64,000 nucleotides of DNA, taken from assembly GCA_964016885.1 (NCBI GenBank), contig OZ024741.1:312852001-312916000 (forward strand), given 5' to 3'. Position 1 is the first letter of the stretch, and every line of letters begins with the position of its first letter. Both the position numbers and the translations under genes were made by a program. The notes below the pieces were generated by a model. The model did not search any database. It was given only the letters and a program-made list of their open reading frames with translations, and was not told the origin of the DNA. Positions 57,250-64,000 of this stretch are shown piece after piece. The stretch is from Eledone cirrhosa (Eukaryota).

Positions 57250-60060
57250 GACAGATATAATGACAACCCCTTAGAGAAACTATTCTTCAACCCAGCTGAC
57301 AAAACATATAAGATGAGTAAAATGTATCCTACTAAGTTACCCATTAATAAAAGGGTTTGTGTAACACAACAAATAGATGCCGAGACAGAGGCACAGATCA
57401 CCATAGCTAGAAATAAACTTAGACAATTAGTAGACCAATATACTAAGAGACAAAGCAGACCAGAAATCCAAGAACGTGGAAAGAAACCTGTAGAAGGCCT
57501 AGTTAGCCTCCATCAGCGCACAAGGGATGGTGAGGTAGTGTGTCTACCCACAGATAAATCTGGTAGGAGAGAGAATATCATCAACGCTCACATGATGATG
57601 TGGACCGACATCCTAAAGCCAAGCAGACGCACTGCAAACAATTTCCAGGCGTCTAACAATGACATACCACCCTTGTATGGACTCCGCAAAGACTATAAGA
57701 CAGTCGACGACCCAACGACAGGACCACCAACTGTATGCGGAGCCAATATTGGTAGCAACTACAGGATCTCCTACTTCCTCTCAATGGTTATACGCCCCAT
57801 AATTAAGATGTCCCCAGATGTATGTGACAGTACAGATGACTTCCTCAGCAGAATCAATGATAGCAACAAAAGCAAAAACTTATCTAACTGCATAATAGGC
57901 AGTATGGACGTGGTATCCCTCTACCCATCCATTAACATTAATATTGCTGGGGACAAATGTGTGGAAATAATCAGTGCGAGTGAGGTGGAGTTCTGCGACG
58001 TCGACACAGATGAACTGGGCCTCCTACTTAGACTTACATATGACACCGACTACCTAGATAGCCATGACCTTAGTTGCTTCTAGACCAGTAGACCCCTAAG
58101 AGGTATACCCACCCCACCATAACCTCAATGGCAAAAAGGTATCTCATGGGAAGGTGGAATGTGTGGACCAAAGCCACACGGACACCCAGAAACAATGTTC
58201 AGGTGAGAAAAATGGTCGCGCATAAAATAGGGACTAGTATTAAAACTACCCTAAAGGGCCATATATTCAAATTCAAGAAAAGATCTACACCAAAATGAGG
58301 GAGCAGCCATTGGTGTCAGCATATCTGGTGATGTTTCCAATCTACCAATCTATTTATGGTATGGTGGGAAATGAGGCTCAAATATCTCTTTGAAGAGAGC
58401 TCCGTACACCTCATCATGTACTCTCGTTACGTAGACGATATTAATATAGTAATAAGGACACCCCCACAAGAGAGTACTAACGAACATGATTTAGAATATA
58501 GCACAATGGAAAGCATCCAGCAGATAGCTAACTCCATACATCAGAGTATAACTGTAACTGTTGACTACCCTTCCAAACACCCTAACAGTAGACTACCTGT
58601 ATTAGACACGGAACTCTGGATTAACACTATAGGCGTGAGGGCCCAAATTCTCCACTCACACTATGCTAAACCCATGGCCTCCAAATACCTGATACTCAAA
58701 AACTCAGCAATGTCCAGTACTGATAAGTTAAATATTCTGATCGCAGACTTGGTACGAGTTATGAAGAACGTGTCCCGCATGTGCGACCCAACAGAAATGG
58801 AAATACACATCCAACACTTCATCAACCGCATGCAGTTCTCTGGCTACAACCAAAGAGAGAGCATCAGAGTATATAAAGGAGCCACGGAGAAGTATAAGCC
58901 CTCATAGAATTGGACATGAAATGAATTTTCCCATTATACAGGAGCAAATCATGGAATAGCTTAGATAGTACTAAACACAAGATAGAGAAAGCCACCTCAT
59001 GGTACGACAACCAGAGACACTAGAGTGTCATGTTCGTAGATGCTACCTCTGGGGAAACTAGCTAAAAAATGTAGAAAGGCCCTAAGAAAGACCCACCTAA
59101 AGATTAAAGTGGTAGAAAAGCCAGGAACTACCATAAAATGCCTGATCAACAAAACATACCCCTTTCAGAAAACCCACTGAACTATTAAGAAATGTGTGAA
59201 ATGTAAAGTAGACCCCCAGATAAACTGTAAAACTAGAAATGTAGTCTATAGCATAAGATGTACAGAAGGTACTTGCAGAAACATGACATACATAGATGAG
59301 ACAGCTCGAAGCATAGGAGAAAGAATAGACCAACTCTGGGGGGAATTAAAGGACAAAAAAAATCCGTTTAGTGCTATACGAACACGCCAGACAACAACAT
59401 AGAAATTAAAATAATATCTAAACATGGAAATGACTCAACAGGTAGGCAAATCAGAGAAGCGAGCGAAATAGAGCTTAGAAAGCCAAAGTTAAACAGAAAA
59501 AATGAATGGAATAACAACAACCCTACCCAAACAAACAATGCTGACTTAATATAAATATAAATAAATAAATAAATATATACACAAGTACAATAATTGTTTC
59601 TACTTTAGGCACAAGGCCAGCAATTACCCAGTGCATTACTGGTACTTTATTTTATCGATCCCGTAAGGATGAAAGGCAAAGTCAACCTCGGCGGGATTTG
59701 AACTCAGATCGTAAAGGGACGTAACTATGCTGGAATGCATGGCGTCCGACCCTCCACCGATACTGCCAATCCACCGCCCTATACACAAGTACAATAATAA
59801 CAAATACATATAAATACACACTATTAAAAAAAAAGATAGAATACAAAAAACCAAAACACATACACCCAAACGCGAACACACACCAAACACTATACACCCA
59901 CACAAACGCATGCGCAGAGAGGCAGACAAAAATAAATAAATAAATAGATAAAATAAAAATGGCGTAGACATTACAATGCAATAAAATACAATAGAGGAAA
60001 CATGATAATAGTGCCACTGATGATGTTGCAGATGTGCGACGAAAGAAGTTTGTTAGACTA
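57250..60060 (+). mobile_element. Penelope-like element (RT + C-terminal GIY-YIG), degenerate, with a hammerhead-like motif at the 3' end
   Basis: PTDKSG, SMDVVSLYPSI, GAAIG, YSRYVDD, LPVLD and CKTRNVVYSIRC...YIDETARSIGER; CTGATGA-T-GTTGCA(GATG)TGCGAC-GAAA at 60017-60044. Confidence 0.85.
59595..59779 (-). mobile_element. tRNA-type SINE with 19-bp TSD
   Basis: TSD TATACACAAGTACAATAAT at 59576-59594 and 59780-59798. Confidence 0.88.
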
Positions 60061-60238
60061 TATATATATATTTATATCTGTATGATAAACATTTATGGCC
60101 GAATAAATTAACTATGGAAATATAAAAGATGCAGAAGCGAAAACCAACCAAACAGTGAGTGTGTTCTGTTATTATTTCGGGCAATATTATTACAACAATA
60201 TGAACTTCCCCAAGTATAACAATATATATATATATATT

Positions 60239-60313
<75 letters not shown>

Positions 60314-60449
60314 GTGTGTGTGTGTGTGTGTATGTGTGTGTGTGTATGTGTGTGTGTGTGTTTATGAGTGTGTGTGTGTATAATAGTAGAAAACTCGACG
60401 GTTATATCCGTAGTAGTAGAGCACTCAGTCTATGGGACGAGTTTGGTAG

Positions 60450-61450
60450 AAGTAAAGTAGTATTACAACATTCAGTTCACCATACCATGAACTAATGTTT
60501 CACTTTGCGAATCTTCAGCCCGGTCTGAGTATGGTTGTACTGAAAAGGAAAGGCAACCGTATGAATACGCATGCGCAGAAACGGTCACTTCTCCCACGCG
60601 ATATAATCCCACGGTCGAAAGGTATAAGTGAGATAACTGTGAATGTCCGGAATGAATTATTCGAGTTGATTAGAATATTGGAATGTTCATGTTATTCAAT
60701 CCGAAGCTTTGTAATTATTCAAAAGTTGTTTCCTGACGTGTGGACAACGGGAAAAAGCTCACCTCGTGAATTTAGGCAATCGCTATCTTTATCCTTTCTT
60801 CAATGCACAATCCGCAAGTCGGATTACCCCTTGCGTATGGCTTGCATATAGTGATAGCATTCCATTGGATAGAGTAGTCTACGCCTGAGTCTTTGAGGGA
60901 CCATAAGTGGTACGTGAGTTTCATGGACGATCGTTTATCCGAATAGCTAAAGGTCGACTGATGGTTCAGGATTTCGGATTTCATATCCATCGATAAGGGA
61001 GTTTTCCTAGGGTAAAGATATATACCGGGGAAGGGAACAATGTCTGATCTTCTTTATCTGCCTTATGCGTAGAATTAAAATACACTAATCTCTATCAAGC
61101 GCGTGGCGTGCGCGCATTATTGGTGTGATCATCTAAAGTTCGTATTAGTCCAATTCTTTGCGTCCAATTCTTTGCGTTCTGTTAGTGGTAGGTATGTTGG
61201 TAAGAGACGTGGTAGTTGTAGTCTGTCTGTTTGTTGACTGCCAGAGTCGGTTGGCAGGCGATTTCCTTCGCAGAGGATCCTGATTGATCACTGAACTACA
61301 CTTTATATTTAGTGAAACGTATTTCATAGCTATAGAGGGATACATGGGAAGGAATATAACTACTTTTTTGCCAGGTATCTCTATTTGAATTTTTTTGTTA
61401 AATTTTAATATGTTACCTTAAGGATCTATGCGTTTTTTCATTTTCTACAG
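60450..61450 (-). mobile_element. PLE 3' fragment (GIY-YIG C-terminus)
   Basis: NHQSTF...LTYHLWSLKD...IQW...CGLCIEE parallels ORF 63152-63394. Confidence 0.7.
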
Positions 61451-61929
61451 TTTATCTCCTGTTAAAGTTTTAAATGTTATTTTATGCATGTCATTCGATA
61501 TATATGTATAATGTCAATCAATAATTTATCATAATTGCTTGATATATTCCTTAGAAACTTTCTTTGGCGTTCTACAGGTGACAAGGCGCGTGTTAGAGAT
61601 TCTTTCAAACATGACATCTATATTTTTTAATGTAATATATATGCATATTTCCACCTATATAATTATGATCTGTGATATGCTTACATGTAACGCAGGGGAG
61701 TGTGTGGTTTAGATAATCACCAATAAGCGAGGAACAGACTGTCAATCACTCTCCCTTTATTTGCGCCGAAAATAAGTAAGTGACATAGCCACTACTTTAA
61801 AACTCATACCGAGTGGCCTTTTAAATATTTTAAACATACGATATATTGCCAAATATACTATACATACATTCATATATATATTATTCAAAATATTAATAAA
61901 TGAATACGTTCACATAATCAAAATATATG

Positions 61930-64000
61930 TTTTATTATATATATTTAGTAGATACTGTGCTGTTTTTTCAGTACGCCCTCATCAGATAAAATATATGAAT
62001 TGATGCATGACATACCTCAACTTTCTTGATGGTTCAATTCCAGTCTTGGTAGTGATTTATTACAACAAATCCCAATATTTATATACAGAAATAATAACAT
62101 GATAAACTTAAATATCATGAAGAAGAGGATGTGGAGCAAGATGTAGTTACAATGAGGGGATGAGTATGAAAAATGTAAAAAGAGATAAAGAGAGACAGAT
62201 ACATAGAAGAGAAGAAAGAAAATGAGAGAAAAAATAAGATAAGATAGAAGGAGAGAGAGAAAAGGGAAGACGTAACCGCGAAAAGGAAAGAATGAAAGAA
62301 AGAAAAAAAGAAGAGAGGGACATGATGCATGACCGTTGTTTTTAAATATAAAGTCAATCAGAAGTGACTAATTAAATTCCGTGACATTTTTAATATCTTT
62401 TGTATTTGTTTACGTTTGAGTTAATTATACTAATGTATTATATCAAAATTAAACAATATAAACATATTTTCTATAGTAATCAGAAGCATAGTTCAATTAA
62501 TAAATATATTCAATATTTTGTTGCAAAATTCAAAAATCAAAAACATTTTTACCTATCAAGCGAGTTTACACACATAATAAATATGTATAAGGTTATTTAC
62601 CACAACATATTCACATATCACCATCAGTATATGCATTTTATATAATGTTCAGAATTATTATCAGAATTATTCATTTTACAATATAAACAATTGTCATTTA
62701 CTTATAGTATTAATAAGTAGTTTTATTTACTCTTAAAGTATTATTATTTCGAATCTAATTTCGTAACTATATCCTAATATCATAATATATGTAGTTTCAC
62801 TATAACCATTAATATCATGTTAAATATACAATATTAATCCATTTGGATAAAAAGAAAATTATATACGAAGAAATGTAAACAAAGGGAAGTAATCAATATG
62901 TGGTCATTTATATTATCTAAATGCTTTAAACGCCAGAAGATATTTTAAACCACAAGTATAGAAAGTTATAGTTATACGATGGCAGTTCAAAAAATCGAAT
63001 TTATGAAAGTGGATCACCTCATGAGATTAATTTACTATATAAAAAAAACGATATACAAATTTAGGTATGGCAAAACATTATATATATAATAACAATAATT
63101 CAAGAATTATTAATAATCATAATAGTAGTCCATATATTTTAATCCTCTTAGTCAGTAATTCCTTATAAATGTGTATGTTACTTGAAATGATTTCCCAGAT
63201 TTATGGAGGCAATTTGCAAATAGCTCGCTTTTTTTGTTAATTAAATTACCATAATGGGTAATTATTAATAGAGTTTCTAAATCGCAAAGATTGCAATTTG
63301 GTGAGACGGAAGCCTTCCAATAAGACTCAGAGTTTCTAAGTTTACTCCAAGTGATTGAGTATTTAATATTTTTCTCTTTTAAAGACCATATCAATTTTGA
63401 TAATGAACTAGAATGTTTTTTATCTGAATTTGAGAAAGAATGCTTATGATTGGAAAAGCGAAAGTTAAAGTTGGATGAAGTGACACCAATGTAGTTATAA
63501 GTATTATTATTATTTGTCTTAATGGTACATTTATATACTAAATTCTTATTAAGGCAATTGTTTTGTAAAGGGCATTCAGATGTCCTTCTATAGTTACAGT
63601 TCAGTTCCGTGTTATTTCTATAACCAAAAGTATTTGTATTATCATTGTTATTATTCTAGGTGTTTTATTAAACATATTGAAACTATTGTCATTGCTATTC
63701 ACATTAGCTACAAATTATTATTATTGTTATTATTGCTAATTATCTGCTGGTTCAAGTTAAGAATTTTGCAATTAATTTTTTCAATATTTTGAGAAATATT
63801 CATAGTTGTTGAATAAGAGAGTTTAACAGTGTGTCTGTTGAATATAGGGTAATACTTATGTGATCTAGGGAAACATTTATCTAAGGCATAAAAAAATAAA
63901 TGCGCTAAAGGTGTTGTAATAGCTAAAGATGCAGGTGGGGCGTACCAAATTATAGGTCTAGTCCTAGTTTTTTTCCCCGATTTATTCTCCAAGTTTTTTG
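61930..64000 (-). mobile_element. PLE 3' half (linker + GIY-YIG + probable 3' UTR), same family as 1-390
   Basis: CPLQNNCLNKNLVYKC...YIGVT..RFSNHKHSF...IWSLKE...CNLCDLE; degenerate hammerhead at 61931-61990. Confidence 0.8.

Noticed and set aside
60480-60525. CTGAAGA...GAAAC on the minus strand at a PLE end
   Set aside because: Stems I and II do not pair convincingly; at most a decayed motif.

Overview
Eukaryotic, AT-rich, repeat-saturated DNA. The (TA)n/(CA)n/(AAT)n content, SINE type and LINE mix suggest a mollusc, probably an octopus-like cephalopod; that is an inference. The only clear host coding sequence is three paralogous 135-bp phase 1-1 exons on the minus strand (55283-55149, 31696-31562, 27058-26924), each encoding one 8-Cys EGF-like module of MEGF10/Draper/SREC type. 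The rest is mostly decayed transposons. The first 18 kb is a chain of (AAT)n-associated non-LTR elements: three R4/Dong-like RLE elements plus an antisense L1/Tx1. There are also many Penelope-like elements (PLEs), an RTE LINE, a Helitron, Gypsy, hAT and Tigger fragments, and four tRNA-type SINEs, three with clear TSDs. The most striking non-coding signal is about a dozen minimal type-I hammerhead ribozyme motifs with palindromic stem III. They include variant cores (U3-A8 compensatory pair, C at position 4, a long stem II insertion) and often sit in fold-back inverted repeats embedded in (TA)n. All calls are by eye; no searches or folding programs were run, and percent identities are rough visual estimates.
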